DNA from: Octopus vulgaris
Taxonomy: Eukaryota
Assembly (NCBI GenBank): GCA_951406725.2
Contig: OX597830.1
Location: 20,088,001 to 20,152,000 of the forward strand
Reading direction: 5' to 3'
DNA length: 64,000 nt
Below the pieces are notes generated by a model, which made no database searches, was not told the origin of the DNA, and saw only the letters and a list, made by a program, of their open reading frames with translations. The translations under genes were made by a program, and so were the position numbers. Below, in pieces: positions 14,924 to 30,020 of this stretch (its first letter is position 1; every line of letters begins with the position of its first letter).

Positions 14924-15639
14924 CGGAAGAAATTAACATTTGCGACACGTCGAGGCTAGAATAAGATTTCCTATCATTGCACTGTCTGCAAGAAATGAGG
15001 AACGATCGCGAGAGTAGAACTGGAACATTTTAAAGCATAGCTCTGTCTGATTAACCAAACAACACAACGACAGCAATAACAGCAACAATAGCGATAACTA
15101 GAACAGTGTTAGGAATATTAAAACGTTGGATTTGTCCAAAGCTTTTTTTTTCTTTCATTATCGCGTTTCCTGCGTAAAAAGGGTTGGCTTGTTGCCAATC
15201 CTTTGACACGATGTGTCGCAGTCGTGTTCACAGGAGAGATGACCAGGTATAGCACAATACTTCCACTGGCATTTTGTCAGCAATTATTCGAAGGAGACCA
15301 ATGATAAATGGCAGCAGGCATATTAAATGGAGATAAACCGCTCATTGAAAGAGTCTAACAGTAGAAAAAGATAGTGTACCAATACTGGAGGGAATGGTTA
15401 CGGCTAACTAATCTAAAGTAGTCATTAGAGATTAAATACACTCTCAAAAAAAAATAAATGAATAAATAAAGATGCGGTTTAATTGATGAGTTAATTAGTT
15501 CAGGTTGGCTCTTTGAAGTGTTGGAATCGGTTAAAATTACTAATTAAAGCAATTTGATAATTGTTTTTTTTTTGGCTTTTTATTTTCATTTTTTTTTGTC
15601 CTTTTAAGCCAATAGTATTTCATCTGTCGTCTCCTTTTG

Positions 15640-16585
15640 TACCATCATCATCATCATCATCATCATCATCTCTGTCTTTTCATACGCCGTTACCTCGACC
15701 ATCATCACCATCATCATCCTCGGCATCGTCGTCGTCGTTGTGGCTGTCATCAACATCGATATCATCCTCATCTTCGTCGTCATTGTCCTCATCATCATCA
15801 TCATCGTCACCATCATCGCCATCATCATCATAATCATCATCATCCCCACCATCATCATCATCATCATAATCACCATCACCCCCACCATCATCATCATCAT
15901 CATCACCCACCATCATACTCCTCCTCATCATCATCATCATCATCACCATCACCAACATCACTACACCGTCATCATCACCGTCATCATCACCACCACCACC
16001 ACCATAACCATCATCATCACATCTTCACTACATCGAGATCATCACCATCATCATCATCACATCATCATCATCACCACCACTATCATCATTATCATCTTCA
16101 TCATCATCATCATCGCCATCACTATAAATATCTCCACCTTCATTGCTATCACAATCAGCCCCGCCTCCCACTCATCATCACAATCACTATCACCAACGCC
16201 AACACCAAAGCTTATCACAACTCCCGTCGCCACCACCATACCCAACACCACCGCCACCACCACCAGCATTCCTAACAACTTCGGTTCCAACCACCATTCC
16301 GCCGCTGCCGCTACTACTACCACCACCACCAGCACCACTACAACCACCACCAATGTCATCATCATCACTACCACCACCAGCACAATCACCACCACCACCA
16401 CCATCCCGTCATCACCACCACCACCACCACCACCACCAGAACCCCCACCACCACTACCACCACCACCAGAACCATCCCGCCATCACCACCACTATCATTA
16501 TCATCACTACCACCACCAACGCAATCATCGACACCACCAGCATCGTTACCACCACCACCACCACCACCACCACCACCACTACTGC
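15640..16585. repeat. (CAT)n/(CAC)n low-complexity tract
   Basis: Visible directly; source of the poly-His, poly-Ile and poly-Thr ORFs. Confidence 0.95.
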
Positions 16586-16827
16586 TGATGCTATAACCAT
16601 TATCCTCAATATTATCGCAAAAACTTCACTGGTTTGTGTTGTGTAATTTATGGCAATTAAAGATTGCCATTATTATTTATGGGTTCCCTGACTGGCCCCC
16701 CAGGTAGCTGTCACCTTATTCAGACATTTCGTAATTTCTCCCCTTACCAATCGGCTTTTGGCAAAAAATAAAGAAATTATTATTATTATTATTTTTATTA
16801 TTATTATTATTATTATTATTGTTATTA

Positions 16828-16858
<31 letters not shown>

Positions 16859-16871
16859 AGATGTTGTTGTT

Positions 16872-17065
16872 AAGACAGCGAGTTGGTGGAATCGTTAGCA
16901 TGTCAGGTGAAATGCTTGCGGTATTTCGTTTGTCACTACGTTCCGAGTTCAAATTCCGCAGATATCGACTTAGCCTTTCAGTTTTTCCAGTCGCGAACTG
17001 GGGTCGATGTAATCGACTTAAGCCTTGTCCCCAAACATCAGGCTTTGTGCTTCCAGTAGAAAGGA

Positions 17066-17119
<54 letters not shown>

Positions 17120-17320
17120 CAAGCTAGCAGGATCTTTAGAGCATCGGAAAAACTACTTAGCGACATTTTTTCCGGTTCTTTATAATTTGAGCTCATATGG
17201 CACTGCGGTCAACTTTGCCTTTCGTCCTTTCGGGATCGATAAAATAAATACCAGTCAAACACTGAGGTCGGTGTAGTCGATCATCAATCCTCCTAAAACT
17301 GATGGTCTTGTGCCAAAATT
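16872..17320 (+). mobile_element. Two diverged SINE family M copies
   Basis: Heads at about 16872 and 17122 with decayed cores (gtcaactttgcctttcgtcctttcgggatcgat). Confidence 0.75.
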
Positions 17321-17454
17321 TGGAACCATTGTTATTTTCATTGTTATTGTTGTTTTTGCCATTGTTATTATTGCCATACATACATATGTACACACATACA
17401 TATATACACAGTCATATACATACATACGTACATACACACACAAACATATCTATA

Positions 17455-17602
17455 CTACGGTTTTCTTTCACTTTCTGTCCGCCAAATCCACTCACAAGGC
17501 GTTGGTCAACCCGAGGTTATAATAGAGTACACTTGCCCAAGGTGCCACGCTGTGGATCTGAACATGTGGTTGGGAAGCAAGCTTCTTACTACACAGCTAC
17601 CC
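17455..17602 (-). mobile_element. SINE family K 5' part
   Basis: ccaaatccactcacaaggc...cttgcccaaggtgccacgc...gcttcttactacacagc. Confidence 0.8.
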
Positions 17603-18364
17603 ACGCTGAAAGATGGCCGTCACAAAAGAGACAGGGAGAGGTGTCCGCCACAGCGTTCGTAAGAGTGAGGTAAACAAACACAACTAATTTTTTCAAAGCA
17701 AAATTTTTACAATAAAAGACACACAAAAGAAAGTTGTGGGGACTATTAATTTGAAACCTCACCACCCTGCCTCAACTAATATCACCACTACACTAACGCC
17801 TCTCAACCACATCTACTAATACAACGACAACTACGACTGCCACAATTAACAATACGTTACATTATTTGTAAGCGATATAGGTAAAAATGAGTGACTTGAT
17901 TTGAATCAGCTCACGGAAAAGGAGGAAAGGACAAGGTATGTTTCAAAGGAGAGTACATCTTTACCTGATTTAATTGTTCTTTTATATAACAATATGGACA
18001 AGAAAGAGCGGTGCGAACTCACAACATCTGATTTTAATGACCCTCCATGTGTGTGTGTGCGTGGACACATGCATGCATATATAAATATACATACAAACGG
18101 GTACAGGCATGAATGCCATTGCATACGTGGATTTTTTTACATGATGAATTTCGTGAATGTTTTACATGTTTTGACAGTGTCTTTCATCGCTTGTAGCCGT
18201 AATCTTCTGATAAAGCGTCTCATTTCTGGTTTTGTTAAATCCTAGCTTTTCAAGATTCGTAGTAAAATACGTAGCCAGGTGTTACAATCATTATTGGTCG
18301 AAATCCAAAGACACACACACGCAATCACATATATATATATATATTATGTATGTATGTATATATA

Positions 18365-18482
18365 TCACCGTGATCACCGTGACCGACCAGGCTATCAGAT
18401 GTTGCTACGCATCGCTGGTCACAATGCGCCTCGCATTGTTTTAGTCTTCAAATGACGCCACCCCGCTGGTTAAGCGAGCAGG

Positions 18483-18485
<3 letters not shown>
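18365..18485 (-). mobile_element. 3' tail fragment of SINE family R (tail type 4)
   Basis: Reverse complement of 35355-35476. Confidence 0.85.
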
Positions 18486-18552
<67 letters not shown>

Positions 18553-18554
<2 letters not shown>

Positions 18555-18870
18555 GGAGAGGAAAAATTATAATAAGGCAGAATGTTAAATTGAAAGTAAA
18601 TTTTAATAAAAATGGGTGTATGGAAAATTAAAAAAGAGAAAATAATAAATCAAACCGGTTTTCAACACAAGGCAAATTTTCAAGATTTGGAAGGGAGGGG
18701 AAAATAATTTTTTTTTAGATTGAGGAAGAGGAAAAAAGAAATTTACAATGTTTTTTTCAAAAAAATAATAATATATATACACAAAAATTAATAAATAAGT
18801 ATACCGATAGATTGTTGAGTCTTTATGCTTTTAGAGTTCAATATTAGTCCTTGGAAAAACTTCTTTGGAG
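18553..18870 (-). mobile_element. AT-rich element next to (TA)n with a degenerate hammerhead-like motif
   Basis: Minus strand AAATC-TTGAAAA-...-GAAAACCGGTTT-GATTT at 18688->18647. Confidence 0.4.
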
Positions 18871-18923
18871 GATTAGGATGCGTACGTATGTATGAATACA
18901 TTTATGTATGTATGTATTTATGT

Positions 18924-19437
18924 ACGACCTGTTGCATGGTCGGGTCGTCGGCGACTAAACCGGCAACCCTACCAAGCTTGCTTGGTGAGGAGGGTGTTTA
19001 TTGGTCACCCTGCGGGATGAAAAACAAAACCCGTCAAAGGGCGGAGGAACTCTTGAGAGTCAACGGCCATCCAATAAATGTCTTAAGGCTGTATCATGCG
19101 CGGGGACATAGAAATAAATCGGACTGAATACCCGATCGCGCAGTTAAACCATTGGGAGTGAAGGACTCCTTAGCCTTTGTTAGGGCATCCTTCTAGGAGA
19201 AGGTAACTCAGGTAACTGGGATAACTCCGACATAAAACCTGCGGCTCAGTGGTTACCGATGATGTTGACTTGCTCTTCTTTTCGGATTATGGCTGCTGTT
19301 GCTTAGTGAGTGGGATTGACTCAGTGCACAGCCTTTCCTCACTTAAAAAAAAATCTTCATGCACAGGCATTGCACGATAACAACATTGATTAAGCTTCGT
19401 GCAATGACCATAGTCGATAACGAGGAGGCAGCCACCA
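18924..19437 (+). mobile_element. Non-autonomous RTE-derived element (5' UTR-like) ending in (ATGT)n
   Basis: accaagcttgcttggtgaggagggtg and tagggcatccttctaggagaaggtaactc resemble RTE 5' UTR hallmarks from recall; GC-richer than the flanks; ATGT repeats on both sides. Confidence 0.55.
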
Positions 19438-20190
19438 TGTATGTATGTATGTATGTATGTATGTATGAGTGTGTGTGTATGTATTGAGAGCGAGACAGAG
19501 AGACAGGGAAAACTGGACAGAGTGGAACAGACGAATATATATAGGCGTATGTGGGTTTTTTTTCTATGTACCACATTTTTATAACAGTTACCTTAACTCC
19601 TACCTCCACCATGCAGCCAGGCTATCGCAGCCATACTATAGCAGCCATACTATCGCAGTTATACTGCACGTATAACATGCAGCTAATGCATTTCAACATT
19701 TCCTTCCCTCTTTCTTTCTTTCTTTTCTTTCTTTCTTTCTTTCTTTCTTTCTCTCTTTCTTTCTTACTCTCTTTCTCTCTTTCTTTGTTTCATTTTCTCT
19801 CTCGTGGATCCCGTCTCTCCTCCATTCCCATCTCCAAAGCATCACACATACGTCGAGCAAAGCACAGGTAGAACCACACACAGACACATGCACACAAAGA
19901 CTTACGCGCAAATGCACACATCTACATACACAAATACATACATGCATATATAGATATACACGGATTTACTTACATACATACATATATACATACATCCACA
20001 AACACACACATATATATATATATATGTCTGTGTGTGCGTTTGTGTGTATGTATATAAAGACAATATCATACACAAGCATACACTTATATATAAACATATG
20101 TATACATACACACATGTATATATATATACATATATATATATAGTACAGAGCAGTTTCATTCATTCTTTTGTTGTCATTTTATTATTATGA

Positions 20191-21931
<1,741 letters not shown>

Positions 21932-22029
21932 TCAGATGGATATATAGATATGCATGCACGTGTATATATTTATATGCATGCCCCTATAATTGCTAATACA
22001 CACTAATTTATACGCACGCATATCTTCCT

Positions 22030-22650
22030 GTTATTTGCTATCGTCACAATGTTTCGGTCGTCATAACCTCCGGCCTTCATCAGAAGCTTGTTGCATCCAC
22101 TTTTATTCTTCATCCTTTCATTACATACAGCAATTATATGATGGAAATTATGCGTTTTAAACTTAACTTTTCATAGTTTTAAGCGCTAATATATATTTTT
22201 TTCCTTTATGATGATCATATCTATAGCAGCTCTCCTCAGAAGATTATGAAGGTGCTATGTATTTGCTGATTCTTTTAACCATCTTATCTGCCAGTCTTGT
22301 ATTTTGTTTATCATTACCTTGGCCTTGTTTTACACGGGTTGGCCCTTTCCCCATTTTCTTTTCTACTCTGCGCATTTTCCTCATGAAGTAAGGTTACCTA
22401 AGGATATCCAGCAATACTTGCGTTTCCTCCTGGTGAAGTCAAACTATAAAGATATTCACCACTCCTTGAGCTTCCTACTGGCAAAATCACCGTACGAAAG
22501 TGCCACCTACATATCTTGACCACATGGTTGCTTTATGCAATGTCCTTTTATTGGCATTTCATCACCATTTTCCATACATTTTTGCCATCACTTGCGATAT
22601 TGGCAAATCTATAGCTAATCCTTCTACATGTCATTATAGGAAAGTATATA
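22030..22650 (-). pseudogene. Decayed, internally deleted Penelope-like retroelement (RT, GIY-YIG C-terminus, 3' hammerhead)
   Basis: Minus-strand translation gives VEGLAIDLPISQVMAKMY (cf. GLAMGSPISPVMANIYME), WSRYVGGTFV at 22522->22493 (cf. WxRYVDDTFV) and DWQIRWLKESA (cf. endonuclease RxxKEsxxI), followed by CTGATGA...GAAAC at 22083->22043. Confidence 0.75.
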
Positions 22651-23051
22651 AGGCGGGAAAATGGTAGAATCGCTAGAAAGTCGGTTAAAACGTCTTTATG
22701 TACTGTGTTCAAATTCTACCAAGGTCGACTTTGCCTTTCATCTTCTGTCATCGATAAAATACATACCAGTTGTACGAGTAGATACAAGCAATAACTAGGC
22801 TGTCTTGAGTCCATTTTAGTGGATAATCTAACAAGGATTTGGTGTAATTGGTTGTCACGAGTCGAAAATTCTGATATTGTGCATTGCTTCTAAGCAAGAT
22901 GCAATATATATGTAATGACTGAAATTGCGCTTGAACCTGTGGCCGATAAGTGAACAGAGTTGGTGACCTTCTATGCTTTCCGTTCGTCTATTTTGTATAT
23001 GTTCGTATGTTTATTTACTACACATGTTTTTGAAATTTTGATATATATATA

Positions 23052-23452
23052 TACTCTTTTACTTGTTTCCGTCATTTGACTGCGGCCATGCTGGAGCACC
23101 GCCTTTAGTCGAGCAAATCGACCCCAGGACTTATTCTTTGTAAGCCCAGTACTTATTCTATCGGTCTCTTTTGCCGAACCGCTAAGTTACAGGGACGTAA
23201 ACACACCAGCATCGGTTGTCAAGCAATGCTAGGGGGACAAACACAGACACACAAACATATACACACACACTTATATATACATATATATATACGACAGGCT
23301 TCTTTCAGTTTCCGTCTACCAAATCCACTCACAAGGCATTGGTCGGCCCGGGGCTATAGCAGAAGGCACTTGCCCAAGATGCCACGCAGTGGGACTGAAC
23401 CCGGAACCATGTGGTTGGTTAGCAACCTACTTACCACACAGCCACTCCTGCG

Positions 23453-23455
<3 letters not shown>
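23052..23455 (-). mobile_element. SINE family K, full length, in (TA)n
   Basis: Complete head to tail; very similar to the copies at 29051 and 56594. Confidence 0.92.
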
Positions 23456-23539
<84 letters not shown>

Positions 23540-23606
23540 TTATTAGCCACGCAGGGCTGCACACAGACAGGACAAATTACAAGGTAGAGCTTTTATATAT
23601 AAATAA

Positions 23607-23637
<31 letters not shown>

Positions 23638-23797
23638 TCACACACACATATAGTTAAGTCACAATGTACGGATTTTCAAGTCAATTAACTATAATAATAT
23701 GAATTATTTACATGTTTCTAAGTTACGAAACAATTTTTGTTTTCTTTAATTTTTCTTTCGTCAAACTATTTCTCTGTCATTTACGACTTATAAATTA

Positions 23798-23848
<51 letters not shown>

Positions 23849-23945
23849 CACATATTCATATATGTATGTTTGTAGATATATGCATGTATATATACATGCA
23901 CATATATATACTTATATATACATATATATATATACATACACCTCC

Positions 23946-24007
<62 letters not shown>

Positions 24008-24009
<2 letters not shown>

Positions 24010-24150
24010 TGTCTTTGTTTATTTCATCGTGTCCTTTTGAGGAGAGTAGGCTCGAAACGTAAAAGGCTTTCTCACCTTCCCGAGCGTCAAACTAATACAC
24101 CTACTTCTTGATTATACACCTGTCTTCGTCTTTTGTTTTTCTTTAAATTT

Positions 24151-24155
<5 letters not shown>
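24008..24155 (+). mobile_element. Short HHR-variant element (family also at 34129 and 51708)
   Basis: gtaggctcgaaacgtaaaaggctttctcaccttcccgagcgtcaaactaatacac is shared with the other two copies; (TA)n on both sides. Confidence 0.75.
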
Positions 24156-24211
<56 letters not shown>

Positions 24212-24415
24212 GGGCTGCTTTCACTTCCCGCCTGCCAAATCCACTCAGAAGAATTTGGTCGGTTGGAAGCCATAGTAGAAGACACTTGCCCAAGATGTTA
24301 TGCTGTGGGAATAAACCCGAACCTTTGTGGATGAGAGAGAGGGAGAGAGATAGGAAGAGATAGTGAGAGTTGGAGAGTGAGAGTCAACTCTACGTGTAAT
24401 ATTTTAAATGTATGT

Positions 24416-25061
24416 AAGGCAGCGGCGCGGTGGTAGAAACATTAGCACACCTAACAAAATGTTTAGTGGTATTTTATCCGTCGTTACCTTCCGAGTTCAA
24501 ATTCCGTCGCAGACGACTTCACCGGTCATCATTTCAGGGTCGATAACATAAGTACCACATGAGTGCTGGAGTCAATATAACTAACTCACAACTTCCTTCT
24601 AATTTGCTGGCCTTGTGCCAAAAAGTGAAGCAATATTTTATCGCTGTGTACAAGAATGGGTTAAAAACTCATTGTTCTTTTGTACACTAAGCACAAGGCC
24701 CGAAATTTTGGGGGAGGGAGCCAGTCGATTACATCGACCCCAGTGCGTAACTGGTACTTAATTTATCGACCCCGAAAGGATGAAAGGCAAAGTCGACCTT
24801 GGCGGAATTTGAACTCAGAACGTAAAGACGGATGAAATACCTATTTCTTTACTACCCACAAGGGGCTAAACACAGAAGGGACAAACATGGACAGACATAG
24901 GTATTAAGTCGATTATATCGACCCCAGTGCTTAACTGGTACTTATTTAATCGACCCCGAAAGAATGAAAGGCAAAGTCGACCTCGGCGAAATTTGAACTC
25001 AGAACGTAAAGACGGACGAAATAGCGCTAAGCATTTTGATCGGCGTGCTAATGTTTCTGCC
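24416..25061. mobile_element. SINE family M: diverged plus copy (24416-24630) and dimeric minus copy (24688-25061)
   Basis: The core occurs twice in the minus copy, separated by the ...aaagaaatag|gtatttc junction. Confidence 0.85.
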
Positions 25062-25358
25062 AGAGAGAGTGGTATAGCTGCGGTAAAAGGTGAACACAAT
25101 GTAAAAATTGAGGTGGGGAAGTGTATTACAGAGAGGAAGAGAGAGAGGAGGGGAAGAGAGAAGGAGAGAGATAAAGATAGGTAGAGAGAGAGAGAGTGAT
25201 AGAGACAAACACAGAGACAGGCTGACAGACTGACTGACAGACATGCAGAGAAAGAGCAAGAGTGACTGTGATATAATTGAGGTAAAAGGTAAGCGCAAAT
25301 AACTCAAAGGAGAGAGCATTACAAGGAGAGAGGGAGAGAGAGGAAGACAGACAGACAA

Positions 25359-25397
<39 letters not shown>

Positions 25398-26021
25398 GCA
25401 AGAGAGAGAGGGGGGAAGAAAGAAAATTAGAGATAGACACCGAAGGATAGAAAAAGAGAGACAAACATGGATAGATAAATTGGTAAAGAGAGAGAGACAG
25501 ACAGACAGACAGAGACAGAGACAGAGAGAGAGAGAGAGAAATAGAGAAAAAGTGAGGAAAACAAAGAAAGAAAGAGAAAGAAAGCGAGAGGGATATACCT
25601 ATATACATGTACATACTAAAGAGACAGAGGGAGGGAGGGAGCTAGGGGGAGAAAGAGTTTGTGTGAGTGGTGAGCGGTACCTTGAATGGTGAAGCGGGGC
25701 TTCGTTCGAAAGAAGTAAAAAAAAAGGGAACGGGGGGTGGGAGTGGAGGAGTAGACAGGAAGTGGGGTGTAATGGTGGGTGGTGGGAAGAAGATCAATGG
25801 CGGCAATAGACGGATAAGTTAATTAGTTATATATGGATCGATATCTGATTTAAAGATGGAAGAGCGGGGGCGGGGGTGTATTCAGAGATGAGGAGAAGAC
25901 GGCGTGTGCAGAGCAAAAGAGAAGGATGTTTATATATATATGTATATATAGATATATATACACTCACACACACTTATGCATATATATATATGTATTTATA
26001 CATATACATATACATATACGT

Positions 26022-26077
<56 letters not shown>

Positions 26078-26269
26078 GGTGGGGTGTTTATGTATACATT
26101 TACAAGCATATATTAGCTGTCCTCTAAATATATACACTCGTGTATACGTTTAGACATACCGCATATATAGATACATTCACAGAGTCGAATAAGCATGCAT
26201 ACACATAAACGTCTGCACATGCGCCTGAGAACATTCTCACACGCACACGGACGTACGCGTGGTGCGCAT

Positions 26270-26298
26270 GCATGCATGTATGCATGCATGTATGTATG

Positions 26299-26332
<34 letters not shown>

Positions 26333-26451
26333 TGTGTGTATGTATGTATGTATGTATGTATGTATGTATGTATGTGTGTATGTATGTATGTATGTATGCA
26401 CGTATATAATGTATGTATGTGTGTATGTATATGTATGTATGTATGTGTATG

Positions 26452-26483
<32 letters not shown>

Positions 26484-26887
26484 TGTATGTATGTATGTAT
26501 GTATGTGTGTATGTATGTATGTATGTATGTATGTATGTATGTATGTATGTGTGTATGTATGTATGTATGTATGTATGTATGTATGTATGTATGTATATAT
26601 GTTTGTATGTATGTATGTATGTATGTATGTATGTATGTATGTATGTATGTATGTATGTATGTATGTATGTATGTATGTATGTATGTATGTATGTATGTAC
26701 CTGTGTGTATGTATGTATTTATCAGCAGGAGTGACTTTAAATTTGTAGGTCTGTTTATAAATGTTTGTAAAAATATTGACATAACTATCTATCTTTCAGT
26801 CAATCAATCAATCAATCGTTCAGTCAATCAATCAATCAATCAATCAATCACTCAATCTATTTATCTATCTTTTTCCTTCTCTCTCTC

Positions 26888-26984
<97 letters not shown>

Positions 26985-26985
26985 A
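26270..26985. repeat. (TATG)n and (TA)n tracts
   Basis: Visible directly. Confidence 0.96.
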
Positions 26986-27214
26986 TGTGTGTGTGTGTGG
27001 ACGCGCAATGGCCCAGTGGTTAGAGCAGCGGACTCGCGGTTGGTGGCGGCCCTCTTTAATTTCCCTGCGTTCGGGTCAAAGATGGTAAGTCACCTGAAAA
27101 TAAAAAAAATATTCCACTTTGGAAATCTGTGGACACCATGTATATTGATATACTTGAATTACTTTAGATATGAAATCAGAGAGTATTTTTGTGGACATCC
27201 TCTCTATCTCTATC

Positions 27215-27249
<35 letters not shown>

Positions 27250-27317
27250 TTCGATATATATATATATATATATACATATTGCATGTATATGTATGTATGT
27301 ATATATATACATATTGC

Positions 27318-27386
<69 letters not shown>

Positions 27387-27392
27387 TATTAC

Positions 27393-27426
<34 letters not shown>

Positions 27427-27430
27427 GCAC

Positions 27431-27462
<32 letters not shown>

Positions 27463-27598
27463 ATACACATACACACACACATATATATAAATATATATGT
27501 GTGTGTGTGTATATATGTATATATATATACACATGTATATATGTATGTATACATATCCATATATTATTATTGTTGTTGTTGTTATTATTATTGTTATC

Positions 27599-27633
<35 letters not shown>

Positions 27634-27637
27634 CATT

Positions 27638-27668
<31 letters not shown>

Positions 27669-27686
27669 TTATTATTATTATTAATC

Positions 27687-27990
27687 GGGCGGTGAGCTGG
27701 CAGAAACGTTGGCACGCCGGGCGAAATGCGTAGCCGTATTTCGTCTGCCGCTACGTTCTGAGTTCAAATACCGCCGAGGTCGACTTTGCCTTTCATCTTT
27801 TGTCCCGTCTGTGTTTAGCCCCTTGTGGGTAGTAAAGAAATAGGTATTTCGCCCGTCGCTACGTTCTGAGTTCGAATTCCGCCAAGGTCGGTTTTGCTTT
27901 TCATTCTTTCGGTGGACTCACAGAATCATTAGAGTGCAGTACGAGTGGATTTGCGGTCTTTGTTCCGGCTGTTTACGTTCTGAGTTCAAA
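27687..27990 (+). mobile_element. SINE family M, dimeric and partly deleted
   Basis: ggcggtgagctggcagaaacgttggcacgccgggcg head; re-entry junction at about 27843. Confidence 0.85.
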
Positions 27991-28351
27991 TCCCACAATA
28001 ATCTACTTGGATGCTGAACTTAAATGTATCACCCGGTTTAATACCAACATCTGGTTTTTAGGTATCTTCAGGAGAGTTCAACCTGTTTCAAGCATTCGGG
28101 TGGGACAATATTTTGGGCACGTGTTTCTCTTTCTCTCCTTCCGTCTTTCTCTTCCTCTCTCATTCCCCCTCTACCTCTCTCACTCTTTCTCCAGTCGCGA
28201 AGACCCTGAAATGGAACTTAGCACTGCCCTCTTTCTTGATTAAGCGTTTTACCCGTTTGTTACCATTCCTCCTGAGACTGTTCTGGGATACAAATTTTTG
28301 GCTTTTAAGTGACCTAAATTAAAGCCTTCCATCAAAATATCACTTAAATTT

Positions 28352-28645
28352 ATGCCCTAGTGGCTAGAGCAGCGGGCTCGCGGTCGAGGGATCGCGAGTT
28401 CGAATCTCAAACCGGGCGATGTGTGTATTTATGAGCGAAACACCTAAGCTTCACGCGGCTCCGACAGAAGGCAGTGGCGAACTTCTGCTGACTCTTTCAC
28501 CACAACTTTCTCTCGCTCTTTCCTCCTGCATCTTGCAGCTCACTGCGACGGACCGGCATCCCATCCAGGTGGGGAACCTATAAGGTAAGGAAACCGAGAA
28601 ACCGGCCCTTATGAGCCAGGCATGGCTCAAGAAGGAACAAACAAC
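28352..28645 (+). mobile_element. SINE family R, tail type 2 (V-domain-like segment)
   Basis: Shared tRNA head and body, then ctgcgacggaccggcatcccatccaggtgggg (resembles the V-SINE domain) and an aacaaacaac tail. Confidence 0.8.
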
Positions 28646-29050
28646 CATCTTAAATACAGTTTGAAATTTAGGGAAGGAGTTACTCAATTAGATAAAATCC
28701 CAGTACTTGATTTTCTCGACCCTGGAGAGATGAAATGCAAAGTCAGTTTCAGAGGGATTTGAACTCAAAACGTTAAAAGCCGGAAAAAAATGCCGCTAAG
28801 TCATTTATCAGTTACACTGATGTTTCTGCCAGAAGGCGATCTTAAACTTCCTTCGAAATAACACGATTATTTTGTTAAAGTCTTTGTTATTTTCACAAGC
28901 GGCGTATGGCAGCAAAAGGGTTAACCCAATGTTGCCCACCCAGGCCCCACTATAATTTTCTGGAAAAATGTATGCCCTACCGGTGGTTGGAAAAAAGCAA
29001 CTTAATTTTTAATGTTTTATCCCAGTTATTTCATTCAAAAGAATCGCTTT

Positions 29051-29463
29051 TACTCTTTTACTTGTTTCAGTCATTTGACTGCGGCCATGCTGGAACACCG
29101 TCCTTAGTCGAGCAAATCGACCCCAGGAGTTATTCTTTGTAAGCCTAGTACTTATTCTATCGGTCTCTTTTTGCCGAACCGCTAAGTTACGGGGAGGTAA
29201 ACTCACCAGCATCAGTTGTCAAGCGATGTTGGGGGGGGGGGGAACAGAGACACACAAACACAGACACACAAACATATACACACACATACATATATATATA
29301 TACGTACATACGACGGGCTTCTTTCAGTTTCCGTCTACCAAATACACTCACAAGGCTTTGGTCAGCCCGAGGCTATAGTAGAAGACACTTGCCCAAGATG
29401 TCACGCAGTGGGACTGAACCCGGAACCATGTGGTTGGTAAGCAAGCTACTTACCACACAGCCA
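29051..29463 (-). mobile_element. SINE family K, near full length
   Basis: Matches 23052-23455. Confidence 0.92.
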
Positions 29464-30020
29464 ACGTATCAAGCATTAGCGAAATTGTGGTTTCGAGGTG
29501 TGAAATGTCATCTACAACGATGACGGCGGCGGTGGCGGCGGCGATGACGACGATGGAAATCATCATCGATATAATCAATACAATTACTATCACCGCCGCC
29601 ACAACCACCACCACCACCACCACCACCACCTCCACAACAACAGTAACAACACTGCCATTCTCACTAAGTCTCCAACTCATACCAGTGGAAGAATAAGAGA
29701 CAACACTACCACCACCACCACCACCGCCGCCGTCAATACCACCATCACCACCACCATCATCACAACCAACATCACCACCACAATACCATCATCAGCACTA
29801 CCACTATCACAACCACCACCACCATCACAATCCCCACTACCATTCCACCACCACCACTGCCGCCGTCAACATCACTATCATCACCACTACCAACAACACC
29901 ACCACTACAGATACTGCAACCGCAACCACCAACATTATCACCACCAACATTACCACCACCACCACCACCACTGTTTTCATCTCCACCACCACCACCAACA
30001 ACAACAACAGTAACAGCAGT

